NCBI GenBank assembly: GCA_000004985.1
Contig: GG738888.1
Strand: one strand, 5' to 3'
Length of the DNA: 64,000 bases
From: Naegleria gruberi
Lineage: Eukaryota
Shown in pieces: positions 53,001 to 63,834 of this stretch (positions are counted from its first letter, which is position 1; each line of letters begins with the position of its first letter). The position numbers and the translations under genes were made by a program. The notes beneath the pieces were generated by a model. It worked only from the letters and a program-made list of their open reading frames with translations. It did no database searches and was not told the DNA's origin.

Positions 53001-53058
53001 ATCTTTTGATGAAATAGGACAATATTTGGCTGATGTAATGTCTAACTATCAACTTTAA
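47090..53058 (+). CDS. Receptor-like protein kinase (TKL-type) with extracellular NHL-repeat beta-propeller and tenascin-type EGF repeats, 3 exons
   Basis: Exon 1 is ~47090-47630 (signal peptide MLKWCVLIIILLSTIFTSHAQ plus NHL repeats). A 43-nt GTAGTG...AG intron follows. Exon 2 is ~47674-52514 (more NHL repeats, about 6 EGF-like Cys repeats of the form C..HG.C....C.C..G..G..C, a long extracellular region, TM IIAIVVPISILLLISILVILICIGIYYY, and kinase subdomains I-VIII: IGEGGFGQVY..VAVK, HPNVIHFFG, IIHRDLKTANILLD, CDFGLSK). An 82-nt GTAAGT...AG intron follows. Exon 3 is ~52597-53058 (...DVYSFGIIMYEL... to the end). Confidence 0.65.
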
Positions 53059-53122
53059 TATTTAGGTGGGTCTTTTCTTAATTGTTTTTTGGAGTGGTAG
53101 ATTATCTTGAATTAGATTTGGT

Positions 53123-55186
53123 TTACAATAGAATGAAGGTACATCCAATTAGGACGAAACAAAGTGCAAAAACTATGAGTGATCCCACGATCAGTGTTAC
53201 ATTGGAATCATTTCTCTTTGTTTTAGTTTGTACTTTGGTATATTCTCTCATTAAATCATCATCAGAAAATCCATAAAGCTCATCAATAGATTCATCATTT
53301 CCTTCTCCTTCACCTTTGCTCGTGCTAACAACTTGCTTCCATTTACTTCTCAATTCTCTAACCTTTCCCAATATCATACCATAAACCTCTTCCTGCCGCT
53401 CTCTACCATAAGTGTTCACACTAACATCTTTCAGATATTTGTCTTTGAAATCGTTAGGTAGTTGATTTTTGGGAGTGTCAAAATCTCCAATAAGATCAAA
53501 CCTAACGACATGCTGAGCGGGAACCACTTGATATGTGTTTTCATCTCGCAAAATTGAATCAACTTGTTTTTCTGTTGAATATTTCACTGTGAAATTGGGT
53601 GAGTTACTGGTGGGCTGATATGAGAAGACACCAGTTGTTGTTATTTGAGCTTTGTCTGTACGTTTTTTGAATTTGTAATCAAATAGAACCTTCATTACTT
53701 CGTTGCTTTCATTAACATGTAAATCGTCAGTTGTTCCTCTTTTAGATTGAATAAAGTGAACTAAATGTTTGTCATTACCCACAAATATGATGCATGAATC
53801 AGCACTTGGTGTCTGAGGAGCATTCTTTCTCATTGTAAACTCTTTTGGAGTGCTCTGAATGACATCATGAACAGAACCAAAAGCATTTCCTTCAAGAACT
53901 TTGAAATTCTTTGGACAATAATAGTCAACACCATCTTTCCTCATTATCAAAGAACTATTGTTGATATGTTTGGTAACATATGGCCAATACTCTTTCAAAA
54001 ATCTCAAACCTACATCGCATATTTCATTGGCGTCTGGGCTATATTCTGGAGATAATATTGCAAGATCAATTGGTAGGACTGGAAGACAACGAATGAGCTC
54101 TGTAATAGTAATGAGAGGTGTTCCCTTTTCATTTAAATGAATCCAACCATTTCTATTCATTCTCTCCTTATCAATGGACTCAATTCGCAAATTATTTGAT
54201 AGATAGTCACTGTAAATTGCTTCATACAGCAGATTCATCAAAAATAAAGGCTTTTCAGGGTTCAAATTTTTCCAATTTAAACAGAATGTTGTGAAACCAG
54301 TTTCGTATTTTGCTGCAATTTTACATAAATATTTCCAACATTTGCCTTTCGCAAAATCAAAACGATCCTCAGTCTCAGTCATTTTCTTAACTCTGTCTGA
54401 TGCCCTGCTATAAATTCTTTTTGGTAACGTCCAACCATTATAAATTGTTTCAACATGCTCGAATACTGTTTTGGTGTCAGAAATGCCAGTGGATTTCCCC
54501 CAACTCCAGCTTTTAACAAACTCTGTACACAAACCAGGATGTCCTCTTAGTAAATTGAAACAAAGTTTGAATAGGTAGGTCAGTATTGAATTTGATGGAA
54601 AGGCCATGTTTTGTAAAAAGATATTAATTTGATCATCATTCCAATAAGCAAGCCTGATCCATTCTGTTATATCTGGATTCAAATATTCAAACATAACTGC
54701 TGATTGACTAGTAATTGCAATCAGAACAAATGTTTGTTCACACAAGAATTGGAGCATCTTTCGGATAGTTTCTTGTCCAAAACGTTCAACAATTCTATCC
54801 AAATCATCAAATTGTAAGAGTAGATCATTGGCTGTTCCTTTTAAATTTGTCAAAAGTGTCAAGAGATTTTTATCATCTAAATTCACCGATGGTTGACTCT
54901 TCAATAATTTAAATACTAATTCCTCTTCATTTCTCACAGAAGCCAAGTCTAACAAAGAAACTCTATCAAATGATATGTTAACAATGGAAAGTTTATCACT
55001 ATTTGATGTATGATATTCCTGAAAGAAACGACTCTTTCCAATTCCCTTCACACCACAACAAACAAATATACGTTTCTTATTGGCGATGGATTTGGCTAGA
55101 AGTGTAGATTGAGTAGCATTCTCAATGTAGGTTAACGTTGGTGGTGCCATTTTTTTTAAAGTGTCATCATCTTTACTAATCGCCAA
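53123..55186 (-). CDS. Tail-anchored P-loop NTPase of unknown family (687 aa)
   Basis: Single exon. Walker A is FVCCGVKGIGKSRFF and Walker B-like is LLLQFDDLD. A large C-terminal region holds the conserved RGHPGLC and ...LPIDLAILSPEYSPDANEICDV... blocks, and a C-terminal TM anchor (LIVGSLIVFALCFVLIGCTFILL) follows. A tandem paralogue lies immediately upstream. Confidence 0.55.
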   Translation of the reverse strand: MAISKDDDTLKKMAPPTLTYIENATQSTLLAKSIANKKRIFVCCGVKGIGKSRFFQEYHTSNSDKLSIVNISFDRVSLLDLASVRNEEELVFKLLKSQPSVNLDDKNLLTLLTNLKGTANDLLLQFDDLDRIVERFGQETIRKMLQFLCEQTFVLIAITSQSAVMFEYLNPDITEWIRLAYWNDDQINIFLQNMAFPSNSILTYLFKLCFNLLRGHPGLCTEFVKSWSWGKSTGISDTKTVFEHVETIYNGWTLPKRIYSRASDRVKKMTETEDRFDFAKGKCWKYLCKIAAKYETGFTTFCLNWKNLNPEKPLFLMNLLYEAIYSDYLSNNLRIESIDKERMNRNGWIHLNEKGTPLITITELIRCLPVLPIDLAILSPEYSPDANEICDVGLRFLKEYWPYVTKHINNSSLIMRKDGVDYYCPKNFKVLEGNAFGSVHDVIQSTPKEFTMRKNAPQTPSADSCIIFVGNDKHLVHFIQSKRGTTDDLHVNESNEVMKVLFDYKFKKRTDKAQITTTGVFSYQPTSNSPNFTVKYSTEKQVDSILRDENTYQVVPAQHVVRFDLIGDFDTPKNQLPNDFKDKYLKDVSVNTYGRERQEEVYGMILGKVRELRSKWKQVVSTSKGEGEGNDESIDELYGFSDDDLMREYTKVQTKTKRNDSNVTLIVGSLIVFALCFVLIGCTFILL

Positions 55187-55337
55187 TCAAACTGTTGAGA
55201 GGTTTCCACTTTCGATAGACCTGAAATTTGATAAACAGGTTCATCTTATCAACACTACAATTTTCAACCAGACACATTGAAATGGTGTGAATTTATTTTT
55301 CCATTAAGCTTTTCAACACTCGTTGTCATTCCTTAAT

Positions 55338-58212
55338 TTACAAAACAAGAGCAGCAAAAATCAAGCAGAAAACTATAGCAAAAATTAACAAGTACCACAA
55401 GAATGAACCAACACTTGAAGGTTTCGTCTTTTTGCCATGAGATTTTTGATAATATTTGTCAGTTTCGAAATTGTCATCAGAAGCAGAACTATAATAATCT
55501 GAATCTCCTTCTTCATCCTCCATTTGAGCGACCACCTCACTGCTGCTAGCTTTTGGAATTGGTGTGTTATTAACATACTCATCGATCATCTCATTACTTT
55601 CTACAGTTTCAAGTTTAGGATTAGTATCATTCTTCTTTCTTCTTCATCTCTAGGTGATTCCCAAGCACTACTCAATTCTCTCAACAGGCTTAATAATGGC
55701 CCATAAACTTCTGTACTCTTACTCTTTCCATGAACCTCAATCTTGATAGATGGAAAGATTTTCTTCAATTTTAAAATCGATTCAGTAAAATCATTATCAA
55801 AATCTCCAATCAATTCAAATAAAATGTTAGCTTCGAGTGGTGTTATTTCTTCATAAGCTCCATTTTTTTTGCCTTCTTTAATTTCTTCACCCTTACTTCC
55901 ACTGGAAGAACCTTGCAGTCTTACTATATGAAAGTTGTTTGTGTTTGTGTGAAAAACTGAGTAAATTTCACTTCCCTTGGTTGTGAACTTTACTTTTTCC
56001 AAGAGAGGTTTTGGTGGTTCCTTTGCGTTTGTTGTCAATCTTTTAGATTTTCTTCCTATAAACAGTTCATCTACAGCTTGTTGTTTTTGTGTTTCCTCCT
56101 TTTTCTTTAAGTTTTTAAATGAGACTACTTGAAAAACATAGTCAAATAACGTCTTGAAAACCTCATCTTCCAAGCTAACAGCAGCATTTGAAGCACTTGT
56201 GAATCTTTTAGATTGAATCAAATGTAGTGAGTTTCCTATTTTACAAAAAGAATCTGCTCCTGATGCTTTTTCAGCATTCACATAGAGCATGTATTCATCT
56301 GGTTGTACCAACATTCCATAAACATCAAGTTTTGATAGAGAGTTCATAACTGAGAAATTTGTTGGAATGCTATTTCGAATTCCATCTATCGTTAAGGAGA
56401 TTGTATTTGCATTTTCGTCCTTTTGAATATGTGGCCAATAATGTTTCAAAAATCTCACACTGACATCCGTTATTTCATTTGCATTTGGGCTGTATTCTGG
56501 TGCCAGAATTGCAATATCGATAGGCAAAAAAGGAAAGAGACTAATGAGCTCAATAATTGTCAACACTGCAACTCCTCCACTTTCATATAATTGTCCTTTC
56601 TTTCCCATCTTAATAGCTCTCTTACTGGTTCGATAATTTTCATAAATTGACTTGTTGGGATCATATTTCTTTTTCTTTTGGGTGGCTGTTTCGTCCTTAC
56701 TCGAAGTCAACTTTCTTTTGACATCTGTTGTTGTGTCAGAACTAGTTTGATTGGAGTCTTTGGATTGTTTGCTATCTTTCTCACCGTTTGCAAACAGTGC
56801 ATCATGCAGGATATTCATCAACAAGAACTTTTTCATCGCATCCATTCCTGAACTAAACTTTTCCACAATTGGAGAACTATAACGAGCAGCAATTTGATGG
56901 AAATAAATCCAACACCTTCTTTTGAGAAATTTCTTGAATTTCTCTACTTCAATTTCTGAGGAATCAACTTGTCCCTTTCTGTATTCTTCCATAATTTTAG
57001 TGAATGAAATTGAGTTTAGATTTCCATCTGTCCAACACTTTACAAACTCCCAACACAATCCAGGATGTCCTTTCAATAAGTTTAAAGCAATCCAAAATAC
57101 ACTATAAACACATTTGTCTTCCCTTGAAGTATTGTCACTATTAAATCCCAATAATTTTTGTAAAAACTCCTTAATATCAGTAGTGTTCCAATATTTGTGA
57201 ATGATTATTGTCTGCTTGACATCAACTTCTTCTGGTTGACCTTCATCTGTTCTCATCAATACATCATATTCATCCTCATCAACATTATCTTCATCACCAT
57301 CAACATCATCTTCTGTTTGACCTTCTGTTAATGTGGCTATTGATTGTTTCGCATTAAACTTTTGTTTTTTTATAATAACGGCTACCTTATCAGTTTCATC
57401 AGTAGTGGCTTGTGATGAGGTGGTGGTAACGTGCTTTTTTCTGTATTATTTCTTATAACACTTGATGGAATACATTCACCAACAATAGTTTGATCTCTGG
57501 ACGAAAGTGCAATTCTAATTTTTTGAATGGGAAGAGTCAATAACAATGCAATAGATTCCTGCAATAGAGAATTTCCTCCCTGCTTGTAAAACGCTTGGAC
57601 ATCATCAAAATGAATAAGAATGATACTTGAAGAATCGAATAATTGTAAGAGAGCGTATACTCGGCGCTGATCTGATAACGAATCATAATTTTCAGGAAGG
57701 TTTCTTGCATCATCAGAGAGCTTACTAATTAAAATTCTTTCAATAAATAATCGTTTGTTTGAATTTTCGATTGGAATAAGATTTTTTTCATAATCAGAAA
57801 GTTCAATTCGCAAATATCGAACAGGAACCCATGGAGATTGTGTTTTGTTGTACAGTTCAACTCCTTCTCTGAAAAAATGTGTTTTTCCAATTCCCTTCAC
57901 ACCAAAATTGTAAATTACTTTAACTTGAGGTGTTTTGAGAAATTCGAATAAAGTTTGATTATTTCGTTGAAGTGGTTTGTCACCAACAGCTACTGCTGAA
58001 GAGGAGGATGAAGCTGATGATGAAGACGAATCTGATGATGATTGTACACCAGTTGCCCGTGACATTTTTAAACGAGAGTGTGAAAGATTGTTGTGAAATC
58101 TAATCATCATCATCATTGACCTCTTAATCGTTTCTGGAACAACGACACAATTTATGGAGTTGAGTTTACTATTAAGATTTACCGAGTTGAAATGGAAAGT
58201 GATTGAGTGCAT
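55338..58212 (-). pseudogene. Tandem paralogue of the tail-anchored P-loop NTPase, split into three ORFs by apparent frameshifts
   Basis: Track ORF 57382..58212 carries the N-terminal P-loop part (GVKGIGKTHFF; ILIHFDDVQ). ORF 55601..57259 carries the middle region (KGHPGLCWEF; ...LPIDIAILAPEYSPNANEITDV...). ORF 55338..55589 carries the acidic linker plus the C-terminal TM. These align collinearly with gene 53123..55186. Frame breaks lie near 57400-57430 (an A6/T6 run) and 55592-55630. They are too close together to be introns. Confidence 0.45.
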
Positions 58213-58295
58213 CAGTTCCTTCCTTGGGCGGATAAACTATTTCATGTTAACACAGATGAAATACCTCTGTTCTGTGAATTGGTCTGATAAAAATC

Positions 58296-59394
58296 ATGTT
58301 GTTGTGGTACGATTTAGTGTGGATGGTGTTGTTGCCTCTCTCTTTCTTGTTGTTTGCTTTCTACTATTTAAAGAGAGAACAATTAGTGGAGAAATCGAAT
58401 AGAAATTTTGAGTATGAGGGAGAAGATAGACTCTTTCTTATTAAACCACCAAGTAGAATAGTGGATCTCCCAAAGAATAGGTCTATAGATGAAGTTTTAT
58501 CTAGTGTGAAAATTAAAATGTTATCCTATAATAAATTATCATTGGACCAGGGAAAGAAACTAGTCGAAAGGTTATCGGAAAGAAGATATTTCAATTCTCT
58601 TCAATATTTGTGTTTAGTAAGTGTGTAATTATCTATGGAATTTATTGAATAACATCTTTCAACAGTCAAGACCTCAATATACTTGCTCATGTTCTCTTAC
58701 AACTTTGACATCTGTTTGGAATTATTTATTTACTTCAATGGGATGTGGTGATTTACCTCCATTATGTCAGGAAGATGTTATTTCATTAATGGGATTTGAT
58801 GAACCTTTCGATGATATTAGTTTTGGTAAATTGGCTTCAAACAAACGTAAGTTTAGTTTAGTTTAGTTGTAAATAATTGGAAATAGAGGATGCTTTAGTA
58901 AGTTGATCAAACAATGTGGAATTATTAATTTTATCAAAAAGTGGTTCTATACATTGTGTTCTTTATTCAAAGTTAGAGGAAGATCTTCCATGGTGTGGAA
59001 GAAACAAGGCGAAAACAATACGAAAGGTAGAACAAGAGAACAGGTAATGTCTATCATTAAACAAGGACTGAAATCAAAAACTTGTTCATTTGTCTATCAC
59101 ATGCACCATCATGTTTGTTTAATTGTAGGCTATGAAGAAACACCCATTGATCCGACACTATCCTATTCTAAACTAAACCTTTCATCAGATGAAAAGAACA
59201 CTTGGCTCATTGTTGGTGATATTTCATCCAAACTCTCACCTCTAATCTCTGTTTCATTGGATGACATAGAAAGAGACTTGTCAACTCAACCTCCTCAATA
59301 CCTCGACGTTAGACATTTGAATGATGGTTTGAAATTTGATGAAACGTTAAGCTCAAATCCCAACTGCATCATAATGTATGAGCATTGTGTGTGA
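58296..59394 (+). CDS. Phytochelatin-synthase-like papain-fold protein (half-size, N-terminal TM), 3 exons
   Basis: Exons are ~58296-58616, ~58666-58846 and ~58889-59394, with GTAAGT donors. Collinear matches to the PCS catalytic domain are seen: ...GKKLVERLSERRYFNSLQYLCLVS|SRPQYTCSCSLTTLTSVWNYL (Cys-nucleophile region), ...ISFGKL..., ...KTCSFVYHMHHHVCLIVGYEE (His region), ...TWLIVGDISSKL (Asp region). There is no Cys-rich C-terminal domain. Confidence 0.5.
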
Positions 59395-59493
59395 AAATAT
59401 GTAGCACAACGATGAAGAATAAAGCTATCACTTACTTTAAATTTTCACATATTCCGAAATGAGATTAGTCCGATTTCTCTTACAAAAAAAAAG

Positions 59494-61579
59494 ATGAACA
59501 CTATTCAGAAGCTCATCTTTGTATTGTTATTGGGTCTACTTGTTAGTGTTGTGTATTCATCCACATTATCATCAACATCTGGAGATTCGTCCAGTTTATC
59601 TTCACTTTGTACTCAAATTCCAATCTCTATAACAAATATTGGTGAGTGTGTTGAAACCGAATGTAAAGCAACTATCAGCACATTAACCAAAACTCTCTCA
59701 TCCAAATCAAATTGTTTTCTTTTAACTGTCGAAAATCAAATTGTCGGTCAAATTAATATTGACATGCAAAACGGTTTCAAAACACAACAATCTAATGAGT
59801 GTTATTATTCTGATGATTATGCTTTCAATACTACTATTAAATGTAGTAGATCCTCTCGTTTGACTTGTAGTAATTGTCCAGGTTTCTCTTCGAATAATCC
59901 CTATTCGAAATGTGTTTTTGGAAGAGGTATTGAAAATCAGTCCTGGTGTGGATATACAACTTATTTTATGGGAAATTTGAGATATAAAGTTTGTCATCTC
60001 AGTGAACCTTCTCCACCATCCATAATGATGAAAGTTTCTACTAGTCAAAATTCCATTCCTTTCTACGTTAATTATACGAAAGATGTCAATCAATATACTA
60101 ACTCTGATGGTAGTATTACTGTTTCTGTTGATAATGTGAAAACTACTGATCCAGAAGTCAAGCAATTCATTGCCTATGATTCAGCAAATCCAACCGATTT
60201 CTTTTATTTACCTTTTCACTTGGTTAATATGGGAAACGAGTTTAATTATTCCAAATTGGGATGGGTCAAATCATTCCCTAAACCTAGTATTGGTCATCCA
60301 GATTATCCACCAACTAATTTCATGACTATTGGTTGTGAAACTCAAAATGGTATTGCAACAACTTCAGCTGTCTATAATTCTGACATTTTGACTTCCTCTT
60401 ATGCAGCTTCCAAAATTGGAGGCATGTCTTTACAAGATGCAGAATATAACACTTTACAATTATCAAACTTCCCTGGATTGGGTTACAATTATCAACCTTA
60501 TCATTATATTAAGGATGGTATCATGAGCATTTTTTACAAAACTCCGTCTCGTGTTACCTTTATTGGAATAACTCCTGATCTCCATATAGTTCCAATGCAA
60601 TATAATGCAATTCCTGCAAGTGTTAATATCAAGACTAATAGAGGTTTGGTTGAAACATTTACAAGTCCAGTAGCTCACTGTGATTATGTTTATACTCCTG
60701 AAGGTGGAGCATGTACTCAAGTGTGTCTTATTCGAAACTCTGATAGTGTTTCCTCATATGGATTTGCAAGAATGAATAGCTGTCAATTTAATCATCATTC
60801 TTTGGTTGGATTATCCGATTTTTCAATCACTGCAATGAAATGGCCTGAAATGCAATGGTATTCTTACACATTTAAAAAGAATATTACATCTACTAGAGTT
60901 AATACCCCTTCTCTAGTGTCAAGTGTCACAATTAATTCATTGACTGTTAGTTTGAATTATCAATTAACATTAAGAAACTTTACAATTTCATTCAAATCAA
61001 GTTCAATCATTCCAACCATTGGAAATTGTACTCAAGATGGAAATCAATTATCATTTACATTGGGAAGTTTATCCTATCCTGGAAAAATTCTGGTATACTT
61101 TTCAGATTCAAATATTCCTTCATTATCACCAGTTGTTGGTCTAATTCCATCTGTGTCAACTGTCCAATTGACCGATTCACAAGTTAAAACTCAAGATTTG
61201 GTTGTCATTGCAAGAAATGGAGATTATCAATCAACTTGTATCATTTCAATGAAAGGTGTGTTATCAACTGAACCATTTGTATCTAGACAATATTGTAAAC
61301 TTAGAGTCAACCACAAATTCAACTGATAGTGGAAATAACAATGGAAACAATGGAACTACAACTTCAGAATGGGTTGACAAGGTTTCTGCCAAGTTGGGAC
61401 TTTCAATTTCCCAATACGATTCAACTACTCAATTGGCGATTGTTGTTTCAATACTTTTGGCTATTTCATTGGCATGCACTGTTGTAATTGTTGTTATTGG
61501 AAGATTCGTGTTCAACAAGTACTTTTCCAAAAAGAAGAAATCAAGAAAATATAAGAAATATTACAATAAATATGATTAA
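59494..61579 (+). CDS. Cys-rich type I membrane glycoprotein (paralogue A), C-terminal part in a shifted frame
   Basis: Track ORF 59494..61326 has a signal peptide and a large N-glycosylated Cys-containing ectodomain. ORF 61256..61579 in another frame holds the Gly/Asn-rich stalk, TM (LAIVVSILLAISLACTVVIVVI) and basic tail. Both parts are collinear with paralogue B. A single-nt frame change lies within about 61280-61320. Confidence 0.5.
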
Positions 61580-61593
61580 ATAGTTGTAATGCT

Positions 61594-63834
61594 TTATTGC
61601 TGTTTCTCCTTCTTCTTTTTTCCTTTTAATGAAATGGCACACTTGACAATAAGAATAATGAATCCAATAGCCAATCCAATTGCCAACAAGGAACCAATAG
61701 CAATTCCAATAAATACTAGAACTGTAATGAAAATTTGAATTGGTTCTGTGAATCCCTTCAATGCTTCAGACAATGAAGGACTAAATCCATTCAAGAATGA
61801 TAGAATTCCAGATAATCCACTTCCACCTCCACCACCACCATCAGTGTTGTTAATTACAATTGGAGGATCATTAATTGTTACATTATAATTAATAGTGATG
61901 GCACATTGATCCTTGTAGTCACCATTTTGGACATAAATAACCACAATAGCATTCTTGTAAGAGCCAGATATGGAAGTGGAATAAGTTTGTGAAACGAGAC
62001 CAATAGTTGGATTTGATGAAGGAATGGTTGGAGATGAAAAATAGACCAATACTTTACCAGAATAGGATAAACTCTTCAAATCATAGAATACTTGATTATC
62101 TTTCTGATTGCAATTGGAAATTTTTGGCATGATAGAGTCAGATTTGAATTTAACTGTAAAATTATTCATGGTAAGTGTAAATGAAACATAGGCGGTTGTT
62201 GAAGCAATATTAACTGAAAGAGGAATAGTTGAAGTGCTTATATCATCATATGGAGTTGAGGTGATTTTCAATCCTGAATATTCATATTTGTAAGGTCTAA
62301 AATCTGGATATTTCATAACAATAGCACTTGTAAATGGAATGAGTTTTGATGAGTCAAATGTACAACTGTTCATTAAGGCGAATCCATACTCATTTACTGC
62401 GCCAGGTGTTTTTGTAATGACACATGCTTGTGTACAAGTATTCTTTTCCTTATATATTTGAATGAAATCACAATGAGCATAGGAAGGAGACCATTGAATA
62501 TTTGTTGCCAAGTTGGTATTTAATGTAAATGGAGTAGTAATAACATGGTATAAGTAAGGAACAATTTCCTTTTGAATAGTCAATCCAATAAATGAAACTT
62601 TGGACATGTCACTTGGATTATAACTCATGAAACCCTGACCAATTGACCAATATGGATTGTAAACTCCCAAATTGGTCCCACTCTGAGCTAGTCCACTAAA
62701 AAATGAGGGATCATATAATTGAACACGATAGTTTAACTTGGAAGCTCTATACTGTTCCAAGAGACTGCTATACACAGGAGCAGCTTTAACTTCCAATCTA
62801 CCTCCCATATTATCTCTACAGACAAAATCAGTAATCTTGAAACTTGAATCGAACCTAAAACCTGCATCATTACCATATGATTTGAACCAACCAATTCTGT
62901 CATAATTATACTCAGTTTTTCTGTTTGTAGTAATTGCTGGAAGATAGTAGAAATCATCTGGTTTGGCAGTTCTATACATGACAAAAGTGGAAGGTTGAGG
63001 ATCATCTCCAGAGACTGACGAAACTGTAAAATTCAATGACCTTTCTGGAGAGAGAAATGTTTTAACAGTATCCTTATATTCAATATTCAACTCTTCCATT
63101 GGTGTTGTAATGTGCAAAACAACATTCTTAGCACCTGGAGATCCCAATTGACAAACTTTGTAATCGTAACCACCTGAAACCCAAACTTTGGCACACATGG
63201 TTCCTTCATCTTTAAATATACATGGACCCCAATTAGCTAGATTTCCCCAAAATCCCCAATCAGACCAAGAACTTGTAAAACAATATGCTGTTCCTGGATA
63301 CTTTGAAGAATCGATTGGACAATATGCTCCAGATCCACATCCAAGTGACTCCTGATTATGACATCTACAAGTTGATTCCCATGTATATTGTGGATCTGCT
63401 GTGTAATAACATCCATCGGTGGTTGCTGTTTGAATTTTATACGAATCTAACAATGATATATTCACAGTACCTAAACTAGTGTCATCCAAGAAGAGTTCCA
63501 TACACATTTTTGAATTACTTCCCGTACTAACAGATCCAGCAACTACAATATTTGCCTGACACACATTTGCAACACAATTTTGAATGGAACTCACAGCAAT
63601 GGGTGTTGATTTACATGCCATGGAATTTTGACCATTCACAAATCTGAAATTTGTTGTGAGTTGATTTAGAACTATTAGTATGGATAGTAAAAGTACACCA
63701 CATATTGATCGTGCTTTGAATAAATGAAAGAAGGACATTAAAGATGAATGATGGCAGCTAGCCAGATGTGTGTGTGAAGAATATTTTTTGAAAAACAACA
63801 GCATTATAGCTATGTGGAGAACTGACATTGTCAA
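61594..63834 (-). CDS. Cys-rich type I membrane glycoprotein (paralogue B, intact)
   Basis: 746-aa single ORF with a signal peptide. Its ectodomain is homologous to paralogue A (..CYYT.D...., ...DFYYLP...NYDRIGWFKSY..., ...YKVCQLG.P...). A poly-Gly stalk, a TM (IFITVLVFIGIAIGSLLAIGLAIGFIILIV) and a KKKKEKQQ tail follow. Confidence 0.6.
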   Translation of the reverse strand: MTMSVLHIAIMLLFFKKYSSHTHLASCHHSSLMSFFHLFKARSICGVLLLSILIVLNQLTTNFRFVNGQNSMACKSTPIAVSSIQNCVANVCQANIVVAGSVSTGSNSKMCMELFLDDTSLGTVNISLLDSYKIQTATTDGCYYTADPQYTWESTCRCHNQESLGCGSGAYCPIDSSKYPGTAYCFTSSWSDWGFWGNLANWGPCIFKDEGTMCAKVWVSGGYDYKVCQLGSPGAKNVVLHITTPMEELNIEYKDTVKTFLSPERSLNFTVSSVSGDDPQPSTFVMYRTAKPDDFYYLPAITTNRKTEYNYDRIGWFKSYGNDAGFRFDSSFKITDFVCRDNMGGRLEVKAAPVYSSLLEQYRASKLNYRVQLYDPSFFSGLAQSGTNLGVYNPYWSIGQGFMSYNPSDMSKVSFIGLTIQKEIVPYLYHVITTPFTLNTNLATNIQWSPSYAHCDFIQIYKEKNTCTQACVITKTPGAVNEYGFALMNSCTFDSSKLIPFTSAIVMKYPDFRPYKYEYSGLKITSTPYDDISTSTIPLSVNIASTTAYVSFTLTMNNFTVKFKSDSIMPKISNCNQKDNQVFYDLKSLSYSGKVLVYFSSPTIPSSNPTIGLVSQTYSTSISGSYKNAIVVIYVQNGDYKDQCAITINYNVTINDPPIVINNTDGGGGGGSGLSGILSFLNGFSPSLSEALKGFTEPIQIFITVLVFIGIAIGSLLAIGLAIGFIILIVKCAISLKGKKKKEKQQ

